Below are positions 35,897-45,990 of a stretch of 64,000 nucleotides of DNA, piece by piece. This stretch comes from Octopus bimaculoides (lineage: Eukaryota). The stretch is from NCBI RefSeq assembly GCF_001194135.2, contig NC_068986.1, forward strand, positions 39,519,247 to 39,583,246, read 5' to 3'. Each line of letters opens with the position of its first letter. Position 1 is the first letter of the stretch. Both the position numbers and the translations under genes were made by a program. The notes under the pieces are model-generated. The model searched no databases, was not told where the DNA came from, and was given only the letters and a program-made list of their open reading frames with translations.

Positions 35897-36832
35897 TATT
35901 TGAGAGTGGGATCTGGTCTTATGTCAACTCTTGAAAAGTTAAAATATGATAGAAAGATAAGCATAAATATCTTGCTATAGAGGGGACACGTGGCTACCCA
36001 GCACTGTGTAGGGGTGGGTGGAAGTAGTTGGAAAGGAGATAAAGCTGGTAGTGATGGAGTGCCAAGGCAAGCATAAGAGAGGATACAGACAGTGGATCAG
36101 TGGATGGGAGGAGAGGGGGAGTACTTACATAAGAGTGTTTGATGAGTGGGGAGGAAATCTTGGATTGTCCTGGTTTTAGAACTGATTCTGTCTAACTTTG
36201 ATTTAAAGAATATGAATCCTAGAATAAATAATTTTATTGCAGTATGGCTTAGATAATTAGAAAAAGCATCATTTACCATGTTTTATGATAAATAATGCCT
36301 TTTCTGATGATCTGACTACCAACCAGGAGTTGACTGAATCAGCTTACACATATTGGAGTTTGATGAAGAAAACTGTAAGCTTCAGATATCTGCCTGTACA
36401 AAATAAAAAAAACAAGTCTTACTCCTTACTTTACAGTTAAGTGGTTGATTTAGTATGTGTAGGACTCCACCCATGCCAGCCTGTAAAAATGCTATAAATA
36501 AAACATTGAGCATCCAATGTACTAGGTCAAATGCCATTTTCAACCATTGTAAATCACAAGCTTTTTCTTCCCAAACTTCACATAATTTGTTATTAAATGG
36601 GTCTATGTTTAAAGAGATCGAGAGATACACTGAGAATAGTTTCAAAGCCTGTGACATCCACTTCTTTGTGGTTTTATTTTACGCTGTGCTTACTAGGAAA
36701 CAGATAATATTAGTTACATAGTTAGAAATTTAATAAACACAAGGTAGATAACTCTTTAAAGACCTAGTCACTTCATTCTCGCATTGGCATCTCAGGAATT
36801 TTTAACCCAAATCAAATTATACAATACCATTA

Positions 36833-36866
<34 letters not shown>

Positions 36867-37409
36867 CGTTAGCTACAAAAAAATTTAGTAGTGTAAACAG
36901 CTTTCCAATGAAATTAGTTTTAACAAATACACTCATGTTTAATCTCTGTTTTTACAAAAAGTTGCAGTTATTTCCAGATATGCCTCTTAGAGATTTTCCA
37001 GTTTTCGCTTTGTCCAGTCTGTTTGGTTTGGACCACTTTCTAATCTATCTTTTTCACATAACCAACAAGAAAATCGAATGTCAAATTGTTGATTTTATTT
37101 TTTTCATAGTGATTATTTTATGCTTTGAATCAATCGTGCATCATCTTGCAGATTTCAATGATGTGATTGTTTAATTTTAGAATGACACTAGGATAGGTGT
37201 GAGAAGCCAGATCTGGCCAGTTTGAATGTAAGACAGGCCAAATATTTGGGCCATATATAGCTTGTTTGAATGCTAAAAGTTTTTTAAAAAACCCAACTAA
37301 TTTCAGTTTTACACTATTTTGCTTCTTTATTATATTTCTTTTCTTTTTATCTTTATTATTTTGCAGGTCATTATTTCGAAGCAAATCTGTCAGTGATCTG
37401 CGTAATTGA
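4141..37409 (+). CDS. KIF18A: Kinesin-8 family motor (KIF18A/KIF18B/Klp67A-like), 5'-partial; 17 coding exons in window, 776 aa + stop
   Basis: Hand-spliced exons with GT-AG sites and matching phases. Motor motifs [88 protein letters not shown]. The [14 protein letters not shown] and KEVVW motifs point to KIF18 rather than KIF19. Confidence 0.93.
4339..5181. mobile_element. Mariner-derived non-autonomous element built from two inverted 5' ends
   Basis: TA TSDs; TIR ~CGAGGTCTGATCAATAAGTATCCG; both arms encode the transposase N-terminus in opposite directions. Confidence 0.9.
6146..6343 (+). CDS. KIF18A: KIF18-like exon b (VFVKQSDR...DLAGSER...NALADEK), switch II
   Basis: tttgtag acceptor, AAG|gtaagt donor, 198 nt, phase 0-0. 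Confidence 0.97.
6490..6810 (-). mobile_element. RTE LINE 3' end, young copy
   Basis: (CAT)n tail and 3' UTR; 224 bp with 1 mismatch versus 34192-34415. Confidence 0.88.
7880..8150 (-). mobile_element. Old non-LTR retroelement fragment, with a related copy at ~12880-13260
   Basis: Clear similarity between the two regions; the degenerate translation (..[15 protein letters not shown]..) only weakly suggests an RLE-type LINE. Confidence 0.4.
8582..8679 (+). CDS. KIF18A: KIF18-like exon c ([33 protein letters not shown])
   Basis: ttttgcag acceptor, AG|gtaggt donor, 98 nt, phase 0-2. Confidence 0.97.
9173..11797 (+). mobile_element. Tc1-family DNA transposon (DD34E) with frameshifted transposase
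   Basis: TA TSDs (9171-72, 11798-99); ~31-bp TIRs CAGGGGTT(G/A)GACAAAATAATGG; [17 protein letters not shown]; catalytic motifs [25 protein letters not shown]; C-terminus [15 protein letters not shown] resumes at 11696. Confidence 0.95.
10261..11696 (-). mobile_element. Non-autonomous Helitron inserted in the Tc1 transposase
   Basis: On the - strand it begins TC and ends CTAG, with a GC-rich hairpin 8 nt before the CTAG; inserted between host A and T with no TSD; contains the 10501-11408 gap. Confidence 0.82.
12310..12660 (-). mobile_element. RTE LINE 3' end with about three 66-bp tandem units
   Basis: Same tail as 6490; ggtgcttttt units start at 12473, 12539 and 12605. Confidence 0.85.
13891..13966 (+). 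CDS. KIF18A: KIF18-like exon d ([25 protein letters not shown]), end of motor
   Basis: ttttccag acceptor, AAT|gtaagt donor, 76 nt, phase 2-0. Confidence 0.97.
15030..15358 (-). mobile_element. tRNA-derived SINE family C (related fragment at ~23300-23470)
   Basis: The - strand begins GCTCAGTGGTTAGAGC...GATTCC (A/B boxes), then a GTGTTGTGTTCTTGAGCAAG CORE-like domain. Confidence 0.7.
15519..15593 (+). CDS. KIF18A: KIF18-like exon e ([25 protein letters not shown]), neck
   Basis: ttccacag acceptor, GAG|gttggt donor, 75 nt, phase 0-0; resembles the kinesin-8 neck. Confidence 0.93.
15942..16033 (+). CDS. KIF18A: KIF18-like exon f ([13 protein letters not shown]...EEEKR), coiled coil
   Basis: ttttacag acceptor, AG|gtttat donor, 92 nt, phase 0-2. 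Confidence 0.9.
16065..16305 (-). mobile_element. RTE LINE 3' end
   Basis: Match to the family tail cgtttaacgtcc..catgggttggacg. Confidence 0.85.
16432..16603 (+). CDS. KIF18A: KIF18-like exon g ([18 protein letters not shown]...DEHLLK)
   Basis: ctttaag acceptor, AAA|gtaagc donor, 172 nt, phase 2-0. Confidence 0.92.
16622..17458. mobile_element. Two-headed mariner-derived element, copy 2
   Basis: TA TSDs, same TIR and arm structure as 4339-5181, opposite orientation; starts 18 nt into the intron after the donor at 16604. Confidence 0.9.
18660..18809 (+). CDS. KIF18A: KIF18-like exon h ([12 protein letters not shown]...EKITA)
   Basis: cccttacag acceptor, GCG|gtattt donor, 150 nt, phase 0-0, open coiled-coil frame. 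Confidence 0.88.
19017..19138 (+). CDS. KIF18A: KIF18-like exon i ([17 protein letters not shown]...NSKDR)
   Basis: cctccag acceptor, AG|gtgtgt donor, 122 nt, phase 0-2; the HHL motif recalls the KIF18A stalk. Confidence 0.9.
20311..20546 (+). CDS. KIF18A: KIF18-like exon j (LINSMQQ...KEVVWVDE...RVVLS)
   Basis: tttccag acceptor, C|gtaagt donor, 236 nt, phase 2-1; KEVVW motif at 20432-20446. Confidence 0.92.
20664..20738 (+). CDS. KIF18A: KIF18-like exon k ([25 protein letters not shown])
   Basis: ttacag acceptor, A|gtaagt donor, 75 nt, phase 1-1. Confidence 0.82.
20881..21102 (+). mobile_element. piggyBac-like MITE (~220 bp)
   Basis: TTAA-CCTTTTTGATACC ... GGTAACAAAAGGG-TTAT; reverse copy at 33488-33697. 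Confidence 0.75.
21203..21457. mobile_element. hAT-type MITE
   Basis: 13-bp perfect TIR CAGTGTTTCTCAA; 8-bp TSD ctgtaaac/atgtaaac. Confidence 0.88.
22647..23039 (+). CDS. KIF18A: KIF18-like exon l ([16 protein letters not shown]...VSEPKK), low-complexity tail
   Basis: Polypyrimidine tract + taaag acceptor, T|gtaagt donor, 393 nt open frame (supplied ORF 22667), phase 1-1. Confidence 0.88.
23735..24120 (+). mobile_element. SINE family A, full length
   Basis: Colinear with 2298-2705. Confidence 0.85.
24560..24915 (+). mobile_element. RTE LINE 3' region, old copy
   Basis: ggaagggcatccaactgtaaaaacc..ccaacccataccagcatggaaaatggtcgttaa followed by (AAT)n. Confidence 0.7.
26108..26246 (+). CDS. 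KIF18A: KIF18-like exon m ([10 protein letters not shown]...[29 protein letters not shown])
   Basis: tctacag acceptor, AG|gtaaga donor, 139 nt, phase 1-2. Confidence 0.83.
26321..26533. mobile_element. TTAA-flanked piggyBac-like MITE family 2 (~213 bp; partial copies at ~8960-9170, 14410-14620, 37120-37280, 58455-58515)
   Basis: TTAA on both sides; CTCTTTAGCA / AGAGGG ends; same family as the units of the 50.4-51.7 kb array. Confidence 0.8.
26882..27075 (+). CDS. KIF18A: KIF18-like exon n ([10 protein letters not shown]...[12 protein letters not shown]...RSTVS)
   Basis: tgtttcag acceptor, T|gtaagt donor, 194 nt, phase 2-1; alternative in-frame donor after 26976. Confidence 0.8.
27690..29630 (-). 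mobile_element. RTE-clade LINE, 5'-truncated; degenerate RT with PHD-like insert plus 3' UTR
   Basis: [73 protein letters not shown]; frameshifts and stops; (CAT)n tail at ~27690. Confidence 0.93.
29705..29835. repeat. Compound (GT)n/(GTGTTT)n/(GTTT)n microsatellite within a SINE A remnant
   Basis: Direct inspection. Confidence 0.85.
31110..31490 (+). mobile_element. SINE family A, full length
   Basis: Colinear with 2298-2705. Confidence 0.88.
32240..32630 (-). mobile_element. SINE family A, full length, antisense
   Basis: Reverse complement of the family; inverted relative to 31110-31490. Confidence 0.88.
32757..32841 (+). CDS. KIF18A: KIF18-like exon o ([27 protein letters not shown])
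   Basis: Long T-tract + TAGCAG tandem acceptor (alternative start 32754), CA|gtaagt donor, phase 1-2. Confidence 0.8.
33392..33836. repeat. ~78-bp minisatellite (3 units) interrupted by a piggyBac-like MITE (33488-33697)
   Basis: gagcttgat..ggatta(c/t)ttgttgaat(g/a)tttagaatt(t/a)aaagcaca units at 33412, 33705 and 33783. Confidence 0.85.
34054..34125 (+). CDS. KIF18A: KIF18-like exon p ([24 protein letters not shown])
   Basis: ctctaccag acceptor, AG|gtaaga donor, 72 nt, phase 2-2. Confidence 0.78.
34170..34795 (-). mobile_element. RTE LINE 3' end with intact ORF2 C-terminus
   Basis: [42 protein letters not shown] is stop-free; (CAT)n tail. Confidence 0.93.
37367..37409 (+). CDS. KIF18A: KIF18-like terminal coding exon ([14 protein letters not shown])
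   Basis: Strong pyrimidine tract + ttgcag acceptor, phase 2, TGA at 37407-37409. Confidence 0.8.
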
Positions 37410-37774
37410 CCAAAATGTGAACATCATAGGACAAATCCGATTTGCAACCTTGCTTCCTGGTTACAATTTTTCAAGCTTTTTACTCAACACAAATTAATAT
37501 TTTCGTGATTTGGTGTTTTATCTCCTCCAAAGTTCTCTACACATCTCACCAATTCTTTTTAAATGATAAAGACAATATTTGTCTTTAGGTAAGCTGAAGA
37601 ATTTCACAAAAATCTCAATAGAGATTAGAGAACCATGAGCAGAGTATATCAAAACAAGTAAAGATTTTAACATTATAGTCCCCAATATCTTAAAGATGTC
37701 AGATCATAGTTTACTCTCTTAGCTCTTGATCTGTGTGCATGTGGGTATGTATATATGTACATATGGAGTCATGG

Positions 37775-37780
37775 AATAAA
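37775..37780 (+). promoter_or_regulatory. Candidate polyadenylation signal (AATAAA) for the kinesin mRNA
   Basis: AATAAA about 370 nt after the stop codon and before the Sola2-like insertion; not verifiable from DNA alone. Confidence 0.35.
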
Positions 37781-38025
37781 AAACTGTCCTTTCTGTGAAA
37801 GGGCTTATATCTTGCTCTAATGGAAATTTCTGTAACTAAGCAAACCTTCTGTTTTGGAATACACGCATACAGACACACATACACACATGTGGGTAATATA
37901 TACATATATGTATGTATATATGTGTATGTATCCTATTTATATTTCAGGACTATGTTGTGAGGTCATTATTGTTTTACTGAAAATGATATAAAAAGAAATC
38001 TCATGGACCAAATGTACATACATAT

Positions 38026-40940
38026 GGGTGATTCCATGAAAAGGAATTTTGGAACCCACCATCTCAAATTTTCATCAAATTTTGACCAGTTCTTTCTATC
38101 AGTAAGAACAGAAAAAGTGCAAAATTTCAGACCCGATCTCCCAAAGTTATGCCAATTTGAAATTTGGCTCAAATCACCCACTTTTGGGCCTGCGGCAGCT
38201 GTCTTGATTTTGAAAGCCACAATAAATGATGTAATAACTTTCAATCCACATGGACTATTTTTCTAAAAATTTGTACCTGAATTTGAAGAGAAAAAAGTGT
38301 ATTTCTCATGGCAAAGTGATTGTTTTCTTGAATCAAAATGAAAACACTTCACCGTTTTTTCTCGACGCTGCTGTGTGCTCAAAGCAAAATTCTCAGAAGT
38401 GCCCAAATCCTACAGCTTCAAAACATTTTGCTCATAAACTGAACATAATGTTTTACTTGTGTGTAAAAAATCTCAATGGTACTCTCAAGACATCAAAAGG
38501 TTATTCATCACAGAAGCATAATGTTTGAATTTTTCTCAAAAGCAAATGTGTCAGAAAATTGATTGCGTTTGACCAGTCAGTTAAAGACAATCAATGCATC
38601 CAACATTGATGGCAAATCACAGTCCAAGAGGTAATAATGCAACAAATATCATTTTCAGACTTAATATTGCTTACATATAACATTTCTGAGTCATATTAAT
38701 CCTGTTGTGACTGAGGGACTTTGTACCCTCCTGTCCTCACCAAATTTTCACAGGTTCCAGGAATGTTTACACCATGACGAAACTCTGCATACAATGTCAT
38801 GTTCTTTCCCACACTGACAAAATCTTTTTTCCTGGGCATTTTTCAGGAAAATTCATCATCACAAAAAAAAGCTGTAACTACATCAATAATCTCTTCATTG
38901 AGCCCCTGTAGTGGTACAATATCATCATGCAACAACCTGGCTTTTTGAATGGTATTTTTTGACACACAATTCTTTTGCAGCTTTTCTAACAGACCAAGAA
39001 TTTGGAACCAAAGTCAAGATCCGAATTTTTTGCCTTTGGCCAGTGCTTTTAATTTTTTCCTTCATACACTGCACCAAGTAATCTAGATCATTTGCTTTTG
39101 ACTGTGTCTCTTTGCCAACGTTCACTAGTTTTTCTTCTTGAAGATCAGAATCATTGACTTTTAGCACACCGACAAGTTTTTTTGCAACTGCATTCTCAAC
39201 TTGCTTCAATTTTCTCTTGCAAAGGGAAGTCTTGGAATATGGAGCGACTGAGTGAATCTTGATCGGTGACAGATCAAGATCATTTGTGGTGTTGTTTAGA
39301 GATTCCTTGGTGGGGTCTAATTGGAAATGTTCCTCATCAAACACTAAGTTATCAGGTTCATCTGTATCATGTTTGTTTTCCTCTTCTTGGTCACTTGACA
39401 TGACCAAAACTCTACACTTGGGGCAAAACGTTTGTCCAGGAATGACACAATGGCCATTGTTGTATAATTCTTTCTGAAGGGACAGACCAATTTCTCATAG
39501 ACTGCCTGAAAGAAAGTAAACAACCATTTGGCTGCGATATTTTTGTTCTAGGAAAGTGATGATGCAGAAACTTGGTGACTTTTTCTGAAAAAGTTGATCG
39601 CTTTTCTTGCATCAGTTACTTGTTATGACCAGACACAAGCTGCATACACAGAGTTCATTCTGTCAAAGATATCAAATTAACTGAAAAAAAAAGAATGCCA
39701 GATGAATTGACAGTACACACCTCTGCACCAAGCCAAATGGTTCACAGCATGTCTTTTGTTGCATTGGATAATGCTTTAGAAACTAATACTTGTGAAGGCA
39801 AATTGTTGCATCAGGGTTGAGCATGCTGACACCAGTTCTCCAGAACAGAATTTCTTGTGCTTCAGGTTCCAGTTCCAAAAAGGACTCAATCCCACATATT
39901 TTTGAATATGTTTTCAATTAATAGTCTTTGCCATGCAATACACCCACAGTGCACAATGTTTCTATTTTGGACCTTCTTATCAGAGGAATGATGTAAAAGA
40001 ATTATTTTGGTTATCTATGTGGAATTTAAAATATAAATAATATCAAGGCAACACATTGATAGGAGACAGTCACAGATTAATATTTTAATTGAAAAGGTTA
40101 AAGGAAGACCAATTGAAATTTGAATTCATACTTCGATCTCTTTCCCTGATGATCAAAACACAGAGAAGCTGAAGAAAAGTCATTAAAATTACAAATGTGG
40201 CTTCCCTTTTCATGACAGGGAAATATTATGCCTACCAAGATGAATGTTTATACATGATGAACTGACAATAACACAATTCAAACCAACACCAGAATCAGCT
40301 GTACTGATATGAACATTGTGAGAACAGAATTTGAAAAAGAAAACAGGAAGTGACAATTTCCTTTGCTGTGTTTCCTGTGATTGTGGTTGAAAAATATCAA
40401 ATGAATGGCTCAACTTGGTAGTTTGCAACTTTTGATGTCTTGAGAATACCATTGAGATTTTTCACACGCAAGTAAAAGATTATGTCCAATATATGGGCAA
40501 AAATTTTTAAAGATGTAAGATTTGGGCACTTCTGAAAATTTCGCTTTGATTACTCAGCAGTGTCAAGGAGAAATGGTGAAGTGTTTTCATTTTGAAAACA
40601 AGCACTTTACCATGAGAAATACACTCTTTTCTCTTCAAATTCAGTTTCAGCACCCCAAAAAATGATCAGGTACAAATGTTTGTACCTGATCATTAGTCCA
40701 TGTAAATTAAAAGTTATGACATTATTTGTTGCATCATTGAAATTCAAGATGGCAGCCACTAGCCTAAAAATGGGTGATTTGAGCCAAATTTCAAATCAGC
40801 ATAACTTTTAACCTGTTGGGAGTTGGGGTCTGAAAGTTGGCACTTTTTCTGTTCTTACTGATAGGAACAACTGGTCATAATTTGGTGGAAATCTGAGATG
40901 GTGGGCTTCATGCCTGTCCCACATTTATATGAAATTACCC
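38026..40940 (-). mobile_element. Sola2-like DNA transposon, internally deleted (~2.9 kb)
   Basis: ~480-510-bp imperfect TIRs (38026-~38500 and ~40428-40940); GGG...CCC termini; 4-bp TSD ATAT at 38022-25 and 40941-44; transposase remnant on the - strand. Confidence 0.8.
38790..39612 (-). pseudogene. Sola2-like transposase N-terminal/central remnant
   Basis: KIRILTLVPNSWSVRKAAKE...FFCDDEFS*KMPRKKDFVSV resembles Sola2 transposases as I recall them; frameshifted; no catalytic DDD region seen. Confidence 0.7.
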
Positions 40941-41499
40941 ATATACCATACATATACATGTGGCTGTATGTACATGTGTACACATAGATTGCTGCAACAA
41001 TTGAAAACAAAATGATAATACATTGAGATTGCTTACTTTCGTTAGTAAATCCCTCTTTTGTTACTTTTCCTTCAACATATTAAATAGACTTTTTAAACTT
41101 TTAATATACAGAATTTCTTAATTTGATCTGTTCAGTTCAATCCACCCGGGAATTTTATATATGACTACCCTTACACAACACAATAAAATACAGAAAGACA
41201 AAATAGCAAAACCTGTCTTGTATATATACAGACAAATGCACGCGCTAGAATTGCATACATTTTATATAAATTATGAATAAAAGCATGAAGCATCTATTAG
41301 TGTTTGTTGTTATGTACTACACACACTCACACAAAAAATTTTGGTTATTTTTATGTTTACTTTCCATAGTCATGGGTTGGACATTTTGACAGGATCCATT
41401 GGGCTGGAGAACCATGTCTTGCTTCAGTTTCACAGTTTTACTTAGAGAGAAGAAATTATAAAGGAATTAAACTTTTGGATTAAGTTACAAAGGTCATAG

Positions 41500-42140
41500 A
41501 GAGCGTTATAGCACAATTGGTCTGTGACAGAGCAGACCTAAATGAGATGAAGTTTGGTTTGATGCCCAAGGTACCACAGATGCTATCTTCCTAATGAGGC
41601 AACTGTAGAGAAAATACTTTGCTCAAAGTAAGTCACTATTCCTGGTATTTGTTGACTTGGAGTGAATGTTTGACAGGGTACCAAGTTCAGTAATTTGGTG
41701 GTCACTAATGAAACTAGGTGTAGATGAGTGACTTGTGATTGTTATACAAGCCTTTTTTTTAATTCTTTTTTTTTGTAACTAGCTTCAGCCCAGTTTGTGC
41801 TTGGGCATGTACAAAAATGCAGTAAAGAAAGTGAAAGTTTGTAAATCTAGCTTGAAGTCCATCGAGGCTCTGTCTGTAAGAATTACTATATATTGATCAG
41901 TTATCATTGCTAAATCTATGGGCAAATTAGAGGGGAAATTCCAGGCTTGGAAACTAAACCTATAATTGAGAAGTCTTAAGAAAAACTTAATAAAGACTAA
42001 GGTTTTAGTGAGTACAAAAGAAGACCAGGCACTGGTATCCTCAGGGAAATAGCCTTGCTTGATATGTAGCAAAGAAGTAGGTATAAACTCCTTGTGCTGT
42101 GCCCATTGTAAGCTATGGATACACAAAAGTACATCCAATT
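41500..42140 (+). mobile_element. Old RTE LINE RT fragment, also carrying the Cys-rich insert
   Basis: TDAIFLMRQL..LFLVFVDLE and KTKVLV..GK*PCLICSKEVGINSLCCAHCKLWIHK. Confidence 0.75.
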
Positions 42141-42420
42141 GATTTCTATTTTGTACCTTTTTTTTCTTTATCTAAAAATGCTTTCACAATAGAAATGATC
42201 ACTGGACTAGTATGATATAATCCTAAAATAATGTGATATTATTATCCATTCTTGTTCATGTTATCATTTAACATCCATCTTCCATGTTATCATGGGTTGG
42301 ATGGTTTGACAGAAGTTGGTAAGTCAGAGGGACTGCACCAAGCTCCAATGTCTACTTTGGCATGGTTTTATGGTTGGATGACCTTCATAACACCAACCAC
42401 ATTACAGAGTACACTGAGCG

Positions 42421-42459
<39 letters not shown>

Positions 42460-42485
42460 NNNNNNNNNNCAGACATGGGTTAGAC

Positions 42486-42787
42486 CAGTGGTTCTCAACC
42501 AGGGTCCATATAAAATTTTGGTGGGTCAATGCAGCAAAATAATAAATTGGGGATCCACAATAGTATTTTAAGGGCCCTTGAAAAAATTCTGTTTTAGATG
42601 TATGTTTTGCAAGAAACAGATTTCTTTCTATAACATTTTACGTAGTTCAACCTACATAAGTTAATGTGCAAAAATCTTAATAACATTCTATAAAACTAGC
42701 TTTTAAACATAGAATGGTTATAGGGCTCAACCAGAATAAAATAGTAATGAAATGGGTCCATAGATAAAAAATTGTTGAGAACCCCTG
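42486..42787. mobile_element. hAT-type MITE nested in an RTE tail
   Basis: TIR CAGTGGTTCTCAAC / GTTGAGAACCCCTG; 8-bp TSD ggttagac/ggttagtt (6/8 match). Confidence 0.78.
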
Positions 42788-42919
42788 GGTTAGTTTTACT
42801 GGAACTGGTAAGCCAAAGATCTGTCTGATTTGGTTTGGTTTCTATGACTGGATGCCTTTCCTAACATCACCCACTTTACAGAGTGGACTGGGTGCTATAT
42901 ATATAAATATATAATCATT

Positions 42920-43262
42920 GTCATCATTTAGTGTCAGTTTTCCATCCTAGCATGGGTTAGACAGTTTGACTGAAACTGGTAAGCTGGCGATCTGTACCAG
43001 GCTCAAGTCTGATTTGGCCTGGTTTTTATGGCTGGATGCCCTTCCGAATGCCAACCATGCCAAGAGTATTAGAGGGTGCCTTTTGTGTGTCACTGGCATT
43101 AGCCACAACTATGATTTCACTTGGCTTGACAAGTCTTCTCAAGCACACTGAGTTGCCAAAGGTCTCAATCACTTGTCATTTCCTCTGTGAAACCCAACAT
43201 CTGAAAATCATGCTTCACCACCTCGTCCCATGTCTGCCTGGGTCTACCTCCTTCACAAGTTC
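42920..43262 (-). mobile_element. RTE LINE 3' end
   Basis: Family tail plus the start of the ORF2 C-terminal region. Confidence 0.8.
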
Positions 43263-43599
43263 CCTCTATATTTGTGTCTATATGAATGCATGTATGTGTG
43301 TGTATTTTTAGGTCATCTCATTATGACATATGCTAATTCAAAAACAAATGTTACTGTCATACTAGTGACACCATTTTTCGACAAATTTCTATGAAAACAT
43401 AGCTGGCCTTTGTGGTGCTTGTATTTGAAGGACTACGAAAAAGATTACTTTGCAGATGAGAGATGACAAGAAAAGCATCCAGCCTTAGAAAATTGTCCTC
43501 AAAGAATTTTATCTGAGCCAAGCAAGCATGGAAAAAAAAAAGAGTGGAAACACTGATACATATACATAGTAGTAGGTCTTAAAATGATCTGCATGCAGA

Positions 43600-44090
43600 T
43601 GAAAGATATAACACAACGCTGAATAGAGAGGGGAAGCAATGAAATTGAGGAGGTAAAGAGATATGTCTTCTTAGAGCACATAGTGAATATTTCACTGAGG
43701 CATAAATGTTGAAATCTCGAAGAGAATGAGGGCAAGATAGAAGGTATTTAACTCAATAAAGGAAGTGCTCCAATCAAAGCGAAACAATGCCATATGTGCC
43801 AGACTCTTCAATAGCACTGTCCCACCTGTGCTCTTATATGCAAGAAGGGAACTTCTAAGAAGAGGATAGAACATCAGTAGGCTACAATGCAAAGGGCCAT
43901 GGAATGGAGTGAATGATGTGATTGCAAAGTACCAAAAGCACAAATTCTGCTGGGTCAGACATGTTGCAAGGTTCACAGATAACAGGTGGGCCTGTGCAGT
44001 TACCGAGTGGTATCCAAGGGATCAGAAAAAGCCAATTGGAAGGCCTCAATGATGATGGGAAGACAATTTAGTGAAGTTATTTGGATCAAG
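43600..44090 (+). mobile_element. Second RTE-clade LINE family, degenerate ORF2 C-terminal fragment
   Basis: LFNSTVPPVLLYA, MQRAMEW, WVRHVARFTDNRWACAVTEWYPRDQKKPIGRP. Confidence 0.75.
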
Positions 44091-45049
44091 ATAAAGACAG
44101 AATTGGAAGTGCAGTGTGTAACAGCATCTGATGGCCTGGTCAATGCTATGGTGTATAACACGACTCCGTACCATTTAAAAGAAATGAATAGATTGGATAA
44201 TGTAGCTAGGTGTATACTGCAGCTATAAGTAAAAATAGTAGATGGGAGTGGTCATGATTAGAGTGCCTTTGCTCAAAGGTCTCCACAATAAAAGCCATAT
44301 TGTAGAGAAATCTTAACTTTATTATTTTGTGCAGTCACAGGAGTGGCTGTGAGGGTAAGAAGTTTGCTTTCCAGCCTCATTGTTTTGGGTTCAGTCTCTC
44401 TGTGTGGCACCTAGGGTAAGTGTCTTTTACTATAGCCCCAAGCCAGAGTGGATTTGGTAGACAGACACTGAAAGAAGACAACCATGTGTGTGTGTATATA
44501 TATTATATATATGGGTGTGAGTGTGCGAATGTTTATTTCTCCTTGTTTTGACTTTGTGTGACTAGTGTAAATGAATGTCATTCATTTCCAGTATTCTGTG
44601 AAAATGTACCTGGCCATGGGGAAATATTATTTTGCTTGGGAACAGGTGAGGGTTGGTACAAGAAGGTTATCTGACCATAGAAAATCTGCCTCAGTAAACT
44701 CTGTTTGAACCATGCAAGCATAGAAAAGTAGTTGTTAAAATGACGATGGTGGTGATGGACCAGCTACTTTAAGCAGTGTTAATGTACCTCACTGTGTATA
44801 TATGTATTTCTAGGTGAATTGCATCATCTACTGGTGTCTGAGAAATGGACACAATGCAAATTAAGGAATCATTTGCCTTTCCACTCAGGTATTTGCAACT
44901 AGTAAAGACAGGAACAATTGACAATCCTAGATTTTTTTTCATAATTAAATTTTATTTCAAAACTTTGCTTGAATAACTGTCTAAATTCATTAACTCAGGC
45001 AGACAAGCTTAATTAGACGTGTAATTTTATCATGTAAAATAATTAATTC

Positions 45050-45990
45050 TTGACACTGAGCTGCGATCTCTCGTTTCAAGTCTGTGGTTTACGCATTCCA
45101 CAAGAATTACACTTTAGTTTACGTCTCCAACTATATTGTAATAGAGCTTCAATAGTTCTCTCTGGAATTCTCTGGAAATATGCTAACATGCTACTGATAG
45201 CTAACATCTCTGTTTAGTGTGTTGTTGGAAAGCTTTTAATATACATATATTATTCAATATTTGTGTTCCATCGTCATCGTATCCTTCTTCCGGGTATAAT
45301 GTTTGAGATAACAAATAGGAAATGATCAGTTTCCATATTTCCTTTTATATATAAATCTAGCAACCTAATATATATAAAAAAAGTATTCAATGTAAGGGAC
45401 ACAACCGTGCTTTGACTAATTTGTTATAGCTTCCAATTTTTGTCTCCAGTCGCTATCGCAGCGAACTTATAATCTTTTTGATAAAGACCAAATTTATAAA
45501 GAAGTGCTGCAGTTTAAATTATACTCGCCGTTTGCGTTACGTTATGTCTTCGATACATTACCCTCCGTAAACAAATATTTCGCTAACTGCATCACTTACC
45601 GCTAGTCAAACTGTGTCCACTGGATTCTTTATTCTGCAGTGTTGTTACACGAGATGAAATATTGTTAAAGTGTATTGCTTGTATTAACTGAATTGGTGAA
45701 TTCTATTTATAATATGTTTTGATACAGAAGCTTTTCTTTTCCTGCCTTATTGCAATAACACAAAGGAAGATGAAGCCAGTATACTCGTACCTCGAGGGGT
45801 AGGAGAAGGGGTTGTTAAAATACTGACCGTTTTCGATACTTATTTCATACAAGAGGAACTTGTCGGTACAAGCTTTCACGGGAATAAAGAAAGATTTTTA
45901 CATCATGTTATTTTCTTTTTCAGGCGTTTCTGTGATCTTTTAGAAATTGGTATTTTTGATAACTATTTAGAGCGGGGAAGGTGGAGTAGA
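45050..45990. promoter_or_regulatory. CpG-retaining, TE-free segment; candidate promoter/first exon
   Basis: Roughly 30 CpGs in ~1 kb by eye, against a CpG-poor background; consensus donor CG|GTAAGT on the - strand near 45599. Confidence 0.4.

Noticed and set aside
44814-44888. 75-nt exon-like segment on the + strand (tttctag...CAG|gtattt), open in one frame
   Set aside because: No partner exons or recognisable protein; compatible with chance.
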